A DNA stretch of 64,000 nt, taken from positions 103,292,001 to 103,356,000 of the forward strand of contig NC_043004.1 in NCBI RefSeq assembly GCF_006345805.1. The letters are read 5' to 3'. Positions within the stretch are counted from its first letter, which is position 1. The number at the start of each line of letters is the position of its first letter. This stretch comes from Octopus sinensis (Eukaryota). Both the position numbers and the translations under genes were made by a program. Below the pieces are notes generated by a model, which did not search any database, was not told the DNA's origin, and saw nothing but the letters and a program-made list of their open reading frames with translations. Below, one piece after another: positions 25,201-39,600 of this stretch.

Positions 25201-28200
25201 TCTGGTTGAAATACACCGAAAAATGGCGACACAGCAGTCAAAAAATCGTTAAAAATAGGGATTTTCATAGGAAAAATGCACCTTTTTGAAATTGTGTATT
25301 TTATGCAACTCCATAACCTCCCATCTAAGTTTTCAGAAAAACCGAGGAATTTACACAGGTACTCTTAAGTATATTATTATGTGTTCTTCCAACCCCGTCA
25401 CCACCTTCCCTACCACCACCAAGTCTAAGGCGTATTACTATTTTACAACCTTCATTCACAGTGATATGGGGGCGTCTTTCGCAATCACACAAGGATTAAG
25501 AGTGTCGCGCAGCAATTTCCATTTCTTTCGACACAACGACATGGACCATCTTGAAGAATTACTTATCGAACACCAAAAATGGGAAAAACAAGTAAGTCAT
25601 CTTCGTTTTTCTTTTGATAATATTCTCCCGATACAAGGCGGTGAGCTGACAGAAACGTTAGCACGCCGGGCGAAATGCTTAGCGGTGTTTTGTCTGTCTT
25701 TACGTTCTGAGTTCAAATTCCGCCGAGGTCGACTTTGCCTTTCATCCTTTCGGGGTCGATTAAATAAGTACCAGTTACGCACTGGGGTCGATATAATCGA
25801 CTTAATCCGTTTGTCTGTCCTTGTTCGTCCCCTCTGTTTAACCCCTTGTGGGTAGTAAAGAAACAGGTATTTTGTCTGTCTTTAAGTTCACACTTCAAAT
25901 TCCGCCGAGGTCAACTTTGCCTTTCACTCTTTCAGGGTCGATAAATTAAGTACCAGTTGTGTACTGGGGTCGATCTGAGCGACTGGGTCCCTCTCCCAAA
26001 ATTTCGGGCCTTGTGTCTAGAGTAGAAAAGAATATTCTCCCGATAGGGTCGAATGAAATGCTGTAATGATTTTTTAAATATCTTTTACATAGTATTGTGA
26101 CAACAAATATTGTTAGTAGATTGAGAGAATCGTTAGGGCTTCAGACAAAATGCTTTGGAAATATTTAGTATAGTTCTTTTTTCGTGCTAGGTTCAAACCT
26201 TACCATGGTTAACTTTGCTTTTATCCCTTTGTCTGATGCACAGGACGTATTTTATTAGAGGAATAAAAGATACAAAAATCTACTAGACGCAACGTACCAG
26301 AAAAATTATACAAATTGGGAATAAAGTGCCAATATCATTTAACGATTAACATACTTTGTGCAAGTAGAGAAGCTCAAGAAGTTACCCCGTCAACTGCTCG
26401 GGCCTTACTTTTTCCATAGATCTAATGTGATACATATAATGAGATGGCTCTTGAGAGCATATCTCGAAAAAAATATAAGGCCAGACTGTACAAGTGATTT
26501 TACCAGTTTTCAACAAGCAAATAGTCTACATCACATTCAGAAAGATATCATAACACAAATGATGTCGGGCTTGAAGAAGTCTTAACAGATAATGTCGTTG
26601 AGTTAGGGAAGGTTTATCTAACGAAGAGCTGATACTATTAGAACAAAAGTACAAAAAAAATATTGCTAACGAGTCGGCACTTGTGGAGGAAGGTCTGTAA
26701 GTTTTTGTTGATAACCACCCTAATCATGAACGAAACCTAAAAATTACAAGAGGCGTCAACAATGACTTTAGTTCCTATACTGAGCTATATGATGATACGA
26801 CATAAACATCAAGCAATTTTGGATAAGTTCTTCGTCCCTCAAGCAGATGTTGGTTATGGTAAAGCATAAGTCAAAAGATAGTATCCATCATCCATCATCC
26901 TCCCAGCAACTCTCATTCTATCACCACCCCTCAGACAATAGTCAACTTTTTATGGGGTACGATTTTATGGTCCTTATTCATTCCCGAACATATTTCACTT
27001 GAACTATTTTTATGTTTAAAATTATACGGGGTAACTTTAGAAATTGCTTTCTTTATGTAACACATATATATTTCTGGCATTCATACTTGTAATGCAATAA
27101 ATACCATTTATGCCCATTATCACTTTGTTATTAATTAAAATTCTAATCTTATGTTATCTAAATAACTAATCCTCACACAGAACCCGAAGAAGGCTAAATT
27201 GACCAAAAAGTTAATCGTCGTCGAAGCACTGTACCTCAACATTGGAGATATATGTCCTTTACCAAGAATTGTGGAGTTCCGAGACATTTACAAAGTACGT
27301 GTGATGGTTGATGAAAGCTTTAGCCTGGGTATCCTGGGAAAAACAGGCCGTGGCATAACTGAACACTACGGACTTTCAGTAAGTCATAATTCCAATGTTT
27401 TCAACAAACCATCGAACATATATATTGAATAATCCTTTTTATAAATACACATTTAATTTCGCTCTGAAATAATACTGAGGTCATGAACTCGAGTAAGAAA
27501 CGGTTTAACTCACTGAGCAGGTGTTCCAACAATACTGAAGCATAGTGAAACCGGCACAGGTAAAAACAGCGCTCCTTCAGTTCTCAGTTTATAGATGGCT
27601 ATAAGCTCTCTCCATTAATTATTTCAGAGGAGGAATGAAACAAATTTTTTGATTATTTAATGTAGGCGCAGGCATAGCTGTGTGGTTAAGAATCTCGTTT
27701 TGCAACCACAAGGTTTCGGGTTCAGTTCCACTGTGCGGCACCTTGGGCCAGAGTTTTCTACTGCAGCCCTGAGTCCACCAATGCTTTGTGAGTGAATTTA
27801 GTTGATGGAAACTGTATGGAAACTTTTGATATACTTCAATAGGTTGAAACTTACGAAAGCTATTTTAACCAATCAGAATGCAGCTTAGGCGTCAAAGTTT
27901 CATGAACGTCGTTACACAGTTGACACTGAACGTGCTTATTCATAGAAACATTTTAACCAATCACAAACACCGATAGAGGATTCGGCTATAAACAGAATGT
28001 GAGAAATATTTGACACTACGAACCGTAGTCCCACCTTAAATATTTTAAAATTGATTTCATTCAAAAATATTTAAGGCGAGACTATGGTTTGTAGTATCAG
28101 ATGTATCTCAACATCTGATTGCAGCCGAATCCTTTATCGGTGTCACTGATTGGTTAACAAGCTTCTATGAAAAAGCGCAATCAATGTCAACTGTTTCCAC

Positions 28201-30629
28201 TTTCATCAAACCGTGATGCCTAAGTCGCAAGCTGATTGGTTAAGATAGTGTTCGTAAGCTTCAACAGAGAATCCAACATCCTAACCACCAGAACATGCAC
28301 CTTCACATCATCCAATCAAGGAAAGCTTCCTACATCCTTGTCACAAGTTACAGAGGCATACTCTTCCTCCAGTGATTAAACTATATAAAAAATAAGTTAA
28401 TTTTCATCCTTCCAAGATCGATTAAATAATACTCGTTGCATGAGGATCGATGTAATCAACTGCACTTCTGTCCACAATATATAAGACCATGCGCCTATGT
28501 TTGGCAGAACCGTAAGAAAATCGAACAAAACGGTTTGCAGCACTCGTTCCGTTTCTTTACGTTCTGAGTTCAAATACCGCCGAGGTCTACATTGTCTTTC
28601 ATCTTACCGGGCAATAAACTACCAGCCAAGTATTGGGGTTGATTTCATCGACTCAAGTACCCTCAAATTGTTATCCTTGTACGTAATTCAGAAACAATTA
28701 TGGACAACGAGCTGGCAGAGTCGTTAGAACATCAGAAAAATGCTTTCCGGTATTTCTTCCGGCGTTTCACGTTCTGATTTCAAATCCACCAAAGTCAACT
28801 TTGCTTCCATCTCTCTGGGGGTCGATAAAATAATGTATCAATGAATTACTCGAGTCGATGGTACCAACTAAATCCTCCCTTAAAAGTGCTGAGTTTGTGT
28901 CTGGCTCCCTATGTTCCAATCCCGAAAAGTCAACATTTGCTTTTCATCCAATCGAGATCGATGAAATAAAGAACCAATCAAATACTAGAGTCAATGAAAT
29001 CGACAAACTACATTCCTTCAAGACAGCTGGCCTTGAGCTTAAATTAGAAACAATAAATAATTTTTTCTTGTTGCTATGATTATTTATTTAATTATATACT
29101 TTTGTTATTATTATCACTGTAGATAAAAGATATTGATGTGTTCACAGCAGATCTCGAAAATACGTTCGCCAGTGTTGGAGGTCTTTCTGTCGGCAAGAAG
29201 TGGGTTTTGGATAAACAGGTATATGGAAATTTTTCAATATTTTACAATCAAAAGGTGGCGAACTGGCAGAATCGTTAACATGCCGGGCTGAATTTTTAGC
29301 GGCATTTCGTCCGGCTGTATGTTCTGGGTTCAAATTCCGTCGAGGTCGACTTTACCTTTCGTCTTTTCGGGGTCGATAAAATAAGTACCACTTAAACACT
29401 GGGGTCAGTTTAATTGACTTACCCCTACCCCCAAACTTGTTGGCCTTGTGCCAAAATTTGAAATCAATATTCTACATACAAACATGAAAGTATGGCGGTA
29501 TAAGCGACACAGCGCTGCACTAAATGTCTTCTTACTGTCGTCCCTCTCACTTTGGCTATCTACCACTACATTTCATTATAAATCTTTTAAATCTGCAATT
29601 CTTAATTTATTCTTGTGACATTGCCCGCAATATGTTTTTTTTTAGGCCCAGCGTGGCTATATTGGTTAAGTAACCTGCTTTACAACCACATGGTTTCGGG
29701 TTCCCCCTACCCCACCCCGCCTGTACGGCGCTTTGAGTAAATGTCTTCTACTGTAGCCCCAAGCCGACCAATGCGTTGTGAGTTAATTTGGTAGATGGAA
29801 ACTGTGTGGAAGCCTGTCGTGTGTGTGTGTCATTGTGTCTGCGTTTATCTACCATCCATCACTTGACAACCGGTGTTGATTTGTTTACATTCCCGTAACT
29901 TAGCGGTTCGGCAAAAAGAAACGATACACTAAGTATTAAACTTTAAAACAAAAGAAAGAAAAAGAAGTACTGGGATCGTTTGTTGGACTAAAATATTTCA
30001 AGGCCGTGACCCAAATGGCCGCAGTTCAATGACTGACCAACTCTTTAAGGCAGTGAATTAGCAGAGACGTTAGAGTGTCGGATAGAATGCCTCTCCATAT
30101 TTTCCCACGCTCTTTGCGCTTTGAGTTCAAGTTCTACCAAGATCAACTCAATAAAAAACGTACAAATCTAGGGCAATTGATTGACTGGGGCATAAGAATA
30201 TCAGATCAGATGCCTTGCGATATTTGTTCCGCCTCTTTGCGTTCTGAGTTCAAAAAGCAAGTAGTGGAAGCATCGATGACACCATCCCATTTCCATTGCG
30301 CGCACGCACACATACACACAAATATCCACATACCTACCTTTTACATACACACACATGTACTCACACAGAGTTGAATCACTGATTTTTTTTCACCCCTTCC
30401 TTTCTCATTCATATGTTGTAACGGAGAAAAACAAAAGATTCACGACGTGCTCTTTGCCACTTCTCTCTCTCTCTCTCTCTCATTGCTATTACTTTCTCTC
30501 ACCTTCTTTCAGTCAGAGCTATTATTCTCACTACTTCTCCTTCACTGAATTACTATTTTCTCTCCTCTCCCTTCACTTATACTACTCTTTCTCCTACTCC
30601 GTGATTTTGGACAAATATGTGTGTGCGTG

Positions 30630-30673
<44 letters not shown>

Positions 30674-31044
30674 CGTGCGTGCGTGTATATAATATATACA
30701 GAGAAAAAAGTCGTCAGAATTTTGGAAAAAAATCCTCGTATTTCTTCATTATTATTAGCTCTTTCGTTCCTCTCTCGAACTTGTCAAATACAATTTTGTG
30801 AATGTACACACAGCTTGTTTATTCATATAAAGCAGTTGCTTTTATTTGTGGGGTGGGTTAGAAGAGAACAAGCTGTTTGTACATTTACAAAATTGTATTT
30901 GACAAGTTCTAGAGAGGAAAGAAAGCGCTAATAATAATGAAGAAATACAAGGATTTTTTTCCAAAATTCTGACGACTTTTTTCCTCAATATTCAGTTCTA
31001 TACATCACATCTAACACACTCTATACATACATATATGTATATAT

Positions 31045-31118
<74 letters not shown>

Positions 31119-32069
31119 GAAGGTTTGAAAATGTAATGGGCTTTTAGAGATGTTTATTCACTTGACCAGTTTCACTTTTTTATAAAAAGATTGTCAAAAG
31201 TAAAATGTAAGGCTTTGTATAAGCTAATACAAAGCCTTACATTTTACTTTTGACAATCTTTTTCTAAAAAAGTGAAACCGGTCAAGTCAATAAACATCTC
31301 TAAAAGCTCATTGCATTTTCAAACCTTCTTTCATATATATTTTCACTCGTGCGATACCTTACAACATTTACTTTGTTATATATATATAAAAATATATAAA
31401 AACACTACGCTCATTATTATATTAGGGGATGTTACAATTTTATTTTTAAAAAAGCATTATTGCCATCGAGTTTTTTTTATATTTTATCTTATTTTATTTT
31501 ATTCATTTTCCAGAGAATGGGAAGTCTCGGTTATGCTTATTCTGCCTCACAACCTCCGTTGTGTGTTGGGGCCATCATACAAGTGATCAATATTTTAGAG
31601 GGGAGTAACGGTAAGTTGTTTTACAGATATTTGATGAAAAGCGAATGGAGAAGCTCAATCAAAGATCGAAGTCTGCATTTTATTTCATTTTTATATAATT
31701 TAATTAGTGGAGGAAATGCAGTGCCCAGAACCCCTTCAAGGACCGCTAATAACACTGATTGCAAAGCGGAAGTTATCCTCAGACCAGCCAGAATGCTTGC
31801 AACAGTTTGTATTTCGTTAAAGGCACCCAATGGTGGTGTCAATTAAGTGACGGGCTAAGTTTACTGCACATGTACTGAAGCTGTCATTCGGGCAAGTTTC
31901 CCTACAGTTTCCGCCGACTAGATTCCACTCACCAGGCTTTGGTCGACCCCTGGCTGTGGTAGAAGATGCTTGCCCAAGTTACTGCATAGTAAAATTTAAC
32001 CCGAAACTAATGTCAGGAAGTGAACTTCTTAAAAACGATACATGCTTCTCTACCTGTCTGGTACAGCCT

Positions 32070-32125
<56 letters not shown>

Positions 32126-34694
32126 GTGTGTGTGTGTGTGTGTGAGTGTGTGTGTGTGTGTGTTACAAAAAATGTAATGAACTTTGTGACAACTCATTAA
32201 GTTATGTTTGTTACAGTCTTGGCTACCATGTGTATTACATAGATGAATGTTACAATGTATGTTACATGCTAAATTCTTTAATATAATTAAGTTTATGCTG
32301 CATCTGATAATTGCACCTAATGTTATGAGCCGACGAGGAAGCTTCTACTTGATTACACAACTTGCAAGAAGTAGCAGCCAAGTCTCCTTTAAATCACATC
32401 TTACTGTCTTAAGATATTTTTTAAATGACGTGATTGCCATGGCTAGATTGACTTTAATTATAGTTAGGTCGATCAAGGCTAACTTGGAGCTAAAGAACAA
32501 CATCTTATGTTACAATGCATAGAGTGAAGTATCTTATAACCTATTCTGACATAAGTAACCAGTTTATGTGACAAATCGTGTAACACCTATTTTATAGGGA
32601 ATATTGGTTTCAAATTTTGGCACAAGGCCAGCAGGTTTGGGGAGGGGCTAAGTCTATTAAATCAATCCCAGTGTTCAACTGATAATTCTTTTATCGACCC
32701 CAGTGTTCAACTGGTACTTATTTTATCAACCCCGAAAGGATGAAAAGCAAAGTTGACCCCGGCGGAATTTGAACTCTGAACATGAAGACTGGTGAAATAC
32801 CCATTTCTTTATCACCCACAAGGGGCTAAACATAGAAGGGACAAACAAGGAGAGACAAAGGGATTAAGTCGATTACATCGACCCCAGTGCGTAACTGGTA
32901 CTTAATTTATCGACCCCGAAAGGATGAAAGGTAAAGTCGACCTCGGCGGAATTTTAAACTCACAACGTAACGGCAGACGAAATACCGCTAAGCATTTCGC
33001 CCGACGTGCTAACATGAAGACTGGTGAAATGCCGCTAAGTATTTCGTTCGGCGTGCTTACGATTCTGCCAGCTCGCCACCTTGACTTTATAGGTAATATC
33101 AAAATCAATGATAGATACACCCGATGGTACATTCGATATTACACTCCATGATGCGATACAGACCAATAAGCTGGCAGAATTATTAGAGCGTCGGGCAAAA
33201 TACTCAGTGGTTTTCTTCCAGCTCTGAATTCAAATCCTGCTGAGGTGAACTATACATTTCATCATTTCGGGGTCGTTAAAACAGAGTATCAATTAAGTAC
33301 TGGGGTACATTCAATCCACTTATTCAACTCCACAGAATGCCAGGCCTAGGACCGGCAAAATCGTTAAGCGATTCAGACAAAATGCTCAGCGGTATTTTCT
33401 CCGGCATTTTATATTCCAAGCTCGAATTCCGCCGAGGTTGACTTTTCTTTCATTGTTTCCGGAGGTCGATAAAATAAAGTAACAGCCAAGGACTGGGGTT
33501 GATGTAATCGACTATTTCACACTCTTAAAATGCCAAAGCTTAAGACTCATATATCTGCGCATAACTGCTGCCTGACCTACATTCTTTGAGTCACGTCACA
33601 ACGGGATGAGACGGTTTGGCACAGCCGACTAAACCCTCAGCCTGTTTTGACGGCTGTGCTTATTGGCGCTGGAGGCTCGCGCTCAGAAATATACACATAC
33701 AGATAGAAAGAATGAGAGAGCGAGAGAAAGAAGGAAAGAAAGAAAGGCATCACAATTTATTAATTGAACACGATCGACATAAACAGTTCCCCTCTCCTCA
33801 TTAACATCAATGAAAATTCGCTCAGGCATAAACACGGAGAGCGGGTAAGAGGAAAGGAAGGTGGGATGGAACGAGAATCACATTATAGCGTCTGATGACA
33901 AATCAGTTAGCGTCGAGCCCGCAGCGCCAAAAAAGGCGGCGACAAAACGGCTGTGCAGAAATGTCTCACATCACGTTGTAACTTATATCTTATCTCTATA
34001 TTAGAAATCGTCTTACAACTCTTGTTACAGCTCATAATACACTATATGTTACAGCCAACTGTAGCAGGCCATGATTAGATTATGTAACATGACAAAAACT
34101 ATGCTTATATAGCACGTGTTAAAACCTATATGACATCTTAAACTAACGCTACAACATGACCAATGTTCCATCGTATTTAGTCATAAAATTTCCAACGTCA
34201 TAACTCTATTACCATATGTTACAGCATACATCACAGGCTATGTAACTGCTACTTTCTGTTGCAGAATTTGTAACAGAATGTCGCCAAACTTGCGAAATGG
34301 TTCAAGAAAAACTTTCTGAGTAAGTTTTCTTATTTATTACTTAATGAACATCACAACTCATTAGTCATTTCCCATCATCGAGAACATTCACTACATGCTC
34401 GCTTAAAAAAAAAAAAAAGAAAAAGATTGTAGACAGTGAAAATACGTCAAGCATAAGAGTCACAGAGGAGTGGATGGGAACCTACGTGTATCACTTGCTA
34501 GAAATAGCAGCCAAGTTACCTCAAATCACACTTTGCAGCATTATATAGGAAGGATACATAATACAAGAGACTGGATGGTCACAGCTGAGACGCCTTTGAT
34601 AATAAGGTCTGCTCTGACATTGGGTTAAACAACTTCAATAACGATGACGAAGGCAACAATGCTATGCACTATATTACACCATGAACGGTGAATT

Positions 34695-34730
<36 letters not shown>

Positions 34731-35062
34731 ACATGTATACATACATACATGCTTACATACATACATACACACACATACATACATACATACATACACACAT
34801 GCATACATACATACATACATACATACACACACACACATACATACACACACACACACTCACACATGCATACATACATACATGCTTACATACATACAGACAG
34901 ACACACACACACACATACATACATACATACATACATACATACATACATACAGACACACACACACACACACACATACATACACACACATACACACACACAC
35001 ACGCATACATACATACATACATGCTTACATACATACATACACACACATACATACATACACAC

Positions 35063-35097
<35 letters not shown>

Positions 35098-35114
35098 TAC
35101 ATACATACACACAC

Positions 35115-35155
<41 letters not shown>

Positions 35156-35673
35156 CCACACACACACACATGCTCCTTGGGATGTTTTTTTTTTTTTTCC
35201 TTCTCGAGTCACGCCTGGCTCATGAGAGCCGGTTCCCCGATTTCCTTGGCGTATAGGTTCCCCACCTGGACGGGATGCTGATCCATCGCAAAGAGTGAGA
35301 CAAAGTTGTGGCGAAAGAGTCAGTAGAGGTTCGCCATTACCTTCTGCTGGAGCCGCGTAGAGCCTAGGTGTTTCGCTCATAAACACTCACATCGCCCGGT
35401 CTGAGATTCGAACCCGCAATCCTTCGATCGTGAGTCCGCTGCTCTAACCACTAGGCCATGTGCCTCCACGCTCCTTGGGATATTATATGCAAAAGAATAA
35501 CAAAAACGACCCGACAGACGAAACTATAGTCACGTTTAGAATTCGCAATATGTTGTCATCGTTGTCCCCTACGTCTGCAAATGGTCCACTCAATTCACTT
35601 TACGCCAACATTTTTAATTTTATATTAAGGCAGTCTTCAACTGTGTCGGTCTCACCGGGTTATATTATTCATA

Positions 35674-35704
<31 letters not shown>

Positions 35705-35783
35705 CATACATACATACATACATACATGCATGCATACATGCATGCATACATACATGCATGCATACATACATACATACAGTACA

Positions 35784-35867
<84 letters not shown>

Positions 35868-36069
35868 GAAATGAGGTAATCAGAAGATCGGATGGTTCAT
35901 ATTTATAGATATTTATTTATATATTACATTTTTTACATATATATATATCATATCATTCAGATCATATCATTCAGATTATTAGCGGTTTCTCCCATTCCAG
36001 TGGGGTTTTCAAATCAAATTAATATATATATATATATTATATATATATATATTTCAAATCAAATCAAAT

Positions 36070-36127
<58 letters not shown>

Positions 36128-36610
36128 TGCAAACTCGTGTTCGAGTATTGTCATCGCCTGATCGAAAGTCCCACACATGCGAAGGTTACACGACTAGCCA
36201 TTTTTGTGATGGGTCTTACCTTTTTTCAAGCAATACCTGTGCATGATGATTTTTTTATTGTGGGGAAAGGATTTGCACAAATCCAATCCCACTCTCTGAA
36301 TATGGACAACACAAACTCAAAAAGCAGAACTAGTCTATATCATATAATATTGTCAGTGTCGCAGGTTTTCTCTCAGAGTTTCCTTCTCCTAGAGAGATGT
36401 TGTGACAACAACAGAGGGTCCTCCCACTCGCAGTGGGCCAGCTGCGCGCCTGGACACCAACCCAGGTTTTTCCACGTCCCCGCACATACATACATGCATA
36501 TATACACATGTACACATATTGTTGTATGGCAAATGACTGCTCATGAGCTCCTCTGCCATTTAACAGGTCTTATTTTTCGTCCTGCAAGGTGTACACTCGC
36601 ACACATCACA

Positions 36611-36655
<45 letters not shown>

Positions 36656-39600
36656 TCATGTATGTAAGAATTTTGAAGGGCGAATAAAGTATGCGAGTAT
36701 TTGTGCCTCAGAATGTATGTATATATCTATAATGTATGTTTGTCTATTTTTAGTATTGATGGTTTGAGACTAGGCGGTTTACCATTATCTCCTGTGAAAC
36801 ATCTCTACCTCTCCAAATCTTCAGGTGACAGACAGACAGACTATGATCTTTTACAACGGATTGTCGTATTTGTAAGTATAAAGGTCTCCTTGATTATTTT
36901 TGTTTGCTGTGTGGAAGACAGGAGATGTGATGATCGGCCGCTAAGGCTCCTCTCATCAAAAAAGTCTTCTTTGCGGCCCCTAGGAATCCTTTTAAACTTA
37001 CTGTTTGCCGACTCAGAATCATTCCTAGATTTTTCGGTTTCTATTGTTTCCTTTTACTTGACCACCTCAAACATAAATCTATCACTCCCACCCCCGCTAA
37101 TATTAGTTTCAAATTTTGGCACAAGGCCAACAGGTTCGAGGGAGGGGATAAGTCGATCACATCGAATCCCAGTCCTCAGTTGGTACTTATTCTATCGAGC
37201 CCGAAAGGCAAAGTCGACCTCGGCAGAATTTGAACTCAGAACGTAAAGACGGACGAAATGCCGCTAAGTATTTTGCCCGGCGTTCTAACGATTCAGCCAG
37301 CTTGCCTCTTTCACTACAGTTAATATTAACAAATGATAAACTGACAAACCAAGCCAATGAGTGAGCCTCTACATCAGTGGTTCCCAACCTTTTTTTTTTA
37401 ATCATCTATGGACCCCTTTGATTATTATTTTGCTCTGATGGATTCCCATTGCTGATCGAAGTTTAAAAACTAGTATTATAAATACTTCTTTCGAAATTCC
37501 TGCTTTGTTTTTCACGCATTAACTTGTGAAGGCTGAACTACGTGAAACATTAGAGAAAGAAATCTTGCTGTTTCTTGTAGTAAATACATGTAAATCAGAA
37601 CTTTCTCATGGACCCTTATAATACTATTGTGAATCCCTAATTTACTCTTTTGCATGAATGGACCCCTAAAAATCTTATATAGATCCCCAGGAGTTATATG
37701 GATCCCAACCGGTTAGAAATAACATACACATCTCTATAAGAAAATACACATACATGCGCACACCCTACTGACTTAAAAAGGGAACATATTGAATAATTAG
37801 TCCTTGATACACTATGTATCAAAACAAGATATGGTCATTGGTGGAACGCTTTAAGTTATAGATCTATACTGTTTGAGCTGATATTAGACTAATCAACAGA
37901 AGAATAGACTAACGAACCGATGGCAGAACCACAGCATTATCGCTGAACCTGCTAGAAATAGCTGCAAAAACCCCATCAAAATCTCAACCACTGTCTGTAA
38001 AAAAGGAAGGAAGGACAGATTGGAACAACACAGTTCTGTATACATCATCACTGGTAAGAAGGTGAGATAGCCACGGTTGGTACCCATGTACAGTTGTGAA
38101 TTGTAACATCTAGTGGTACCTAGTTATAACTACGGATTCTGTGACCAACTTACAACTAATCGGCTATAGGCGCAGGAGTGGCTGTGTGGTAAGTAGCTTG
38201 CTAACCAACCACATCGTTCCGGGTTCAATCCCACTGCGTGGCACCTTGGGCAAGTGCCTTCTGCTTTAGCCTCGGGCCAACCAATGCCTTGTGAGTGGAT
38301 TTGGTCGACGGAAACTGAAAGAAGCCCGTCGTATATATGTATATATATATATATGTGTGTGTGTGTGTGCGTGTGTGTTTGTGTGTCTGTGTTTGTCTCC
38401 CTAGCATTGCTTGACAACCGATGCTGGTGTGTTTATGTCCCCGTCACTTAGCGGTTCGGCAAAAGAGACCGATAGAATAAGTACTGGGCTTACAAAGAAT
38501 AAATCCCGGGGTCGATTTACTCGACTAAAGGTGGTGCTCCAGCATGGCTGCAGTCAAATGACTGAAACAAGTAAAAGAGTAAAAAGAGTAAAGAGAGAGT
38601 CAATGAGTGTTAAATTGCCTTAACCACGAACACAATTCAACGCTGGTGACAGGACACGAACCGCCTACCTTTGAGCTGGTTGTTTGATAAGCCAATTGAC
38701 TCAATATCTGCTTCTATGATGAATAATTTACAAGAACAATATTTTACTGAAAAATTGCAAACTTTTATTCACGAATTCTAAGTTTTTTTCCCCTCGTATT
38801 TTTTTTTTTTATTAGAGCCTTACTTTCCTATCTGCAGAATATTTTCATTGACCCATGCAATTCGATATTGGTTCTATTGCTACCCAGTAATTTAGTAGCT
38901 TCTGTTGACCGACACCAAATTTTTAGCGTTATTCTAGATTGGAAGAATCTCACTTCATCTACTTTACCAATATTTTGGTAAAGGCATGATCACCACATTC
39001 GCACTTTACCTTGAGAACAACTTTCAAAGTTAATACAAGTAATTACTGCATGCTGATAAATATCGCGATATAACGAATGATCCTCTACTCGGTTGCTCAA
39101 CATACTAGAAATAACAGCCAAATCATCATCAGTTCACACCCAAACGATTTCAGAAAAGACAGACTGCATAATCTTCGTTGTTCTGGACATACAAAACAGT
39201 GGGATGACCATCGAACATCTTTGATGATTAGTTTGCTCCACAGGGGGATAAACAGCAAGGTGCCACCCGTTATGAATATTAGCAGAAGATCCAGGCTTTC
39301 ATAGATTGAAGAATACGTAACGTAGCAGTGGGCTCCTGTAGAATTAAGTCAGTGAAGCAGTTTCGATTTCCAGGCAAAGCTATTTAACAATTTGTGTGGG
39401 AATTTTTTTCAAAGACGCATGAACGAAATGACCTCTGTTTCTCATCACTCGTTGATGGACACTACTGGCTAAACAGCATCAAAGAGCCAATACCTACATG
39501 ATTACAACAATTCAAAAGGAAGTTTAACTGCGTGGATCTTACCACTCTCGGTTGGTCTGCGACGACAATGAATAAAATCCCTTCTGCCTGAACAATTGAA

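Noticed and set aside
31514-31610. S331G and A352V as proof of a natural HSAN1-like deoxysphingolipid enzyme
   Set aside because: As recalled, yeast Lcb1 has the same residues and A352V is not clearly linked to raised deoxysphingolipids; kept only as a weak hint.
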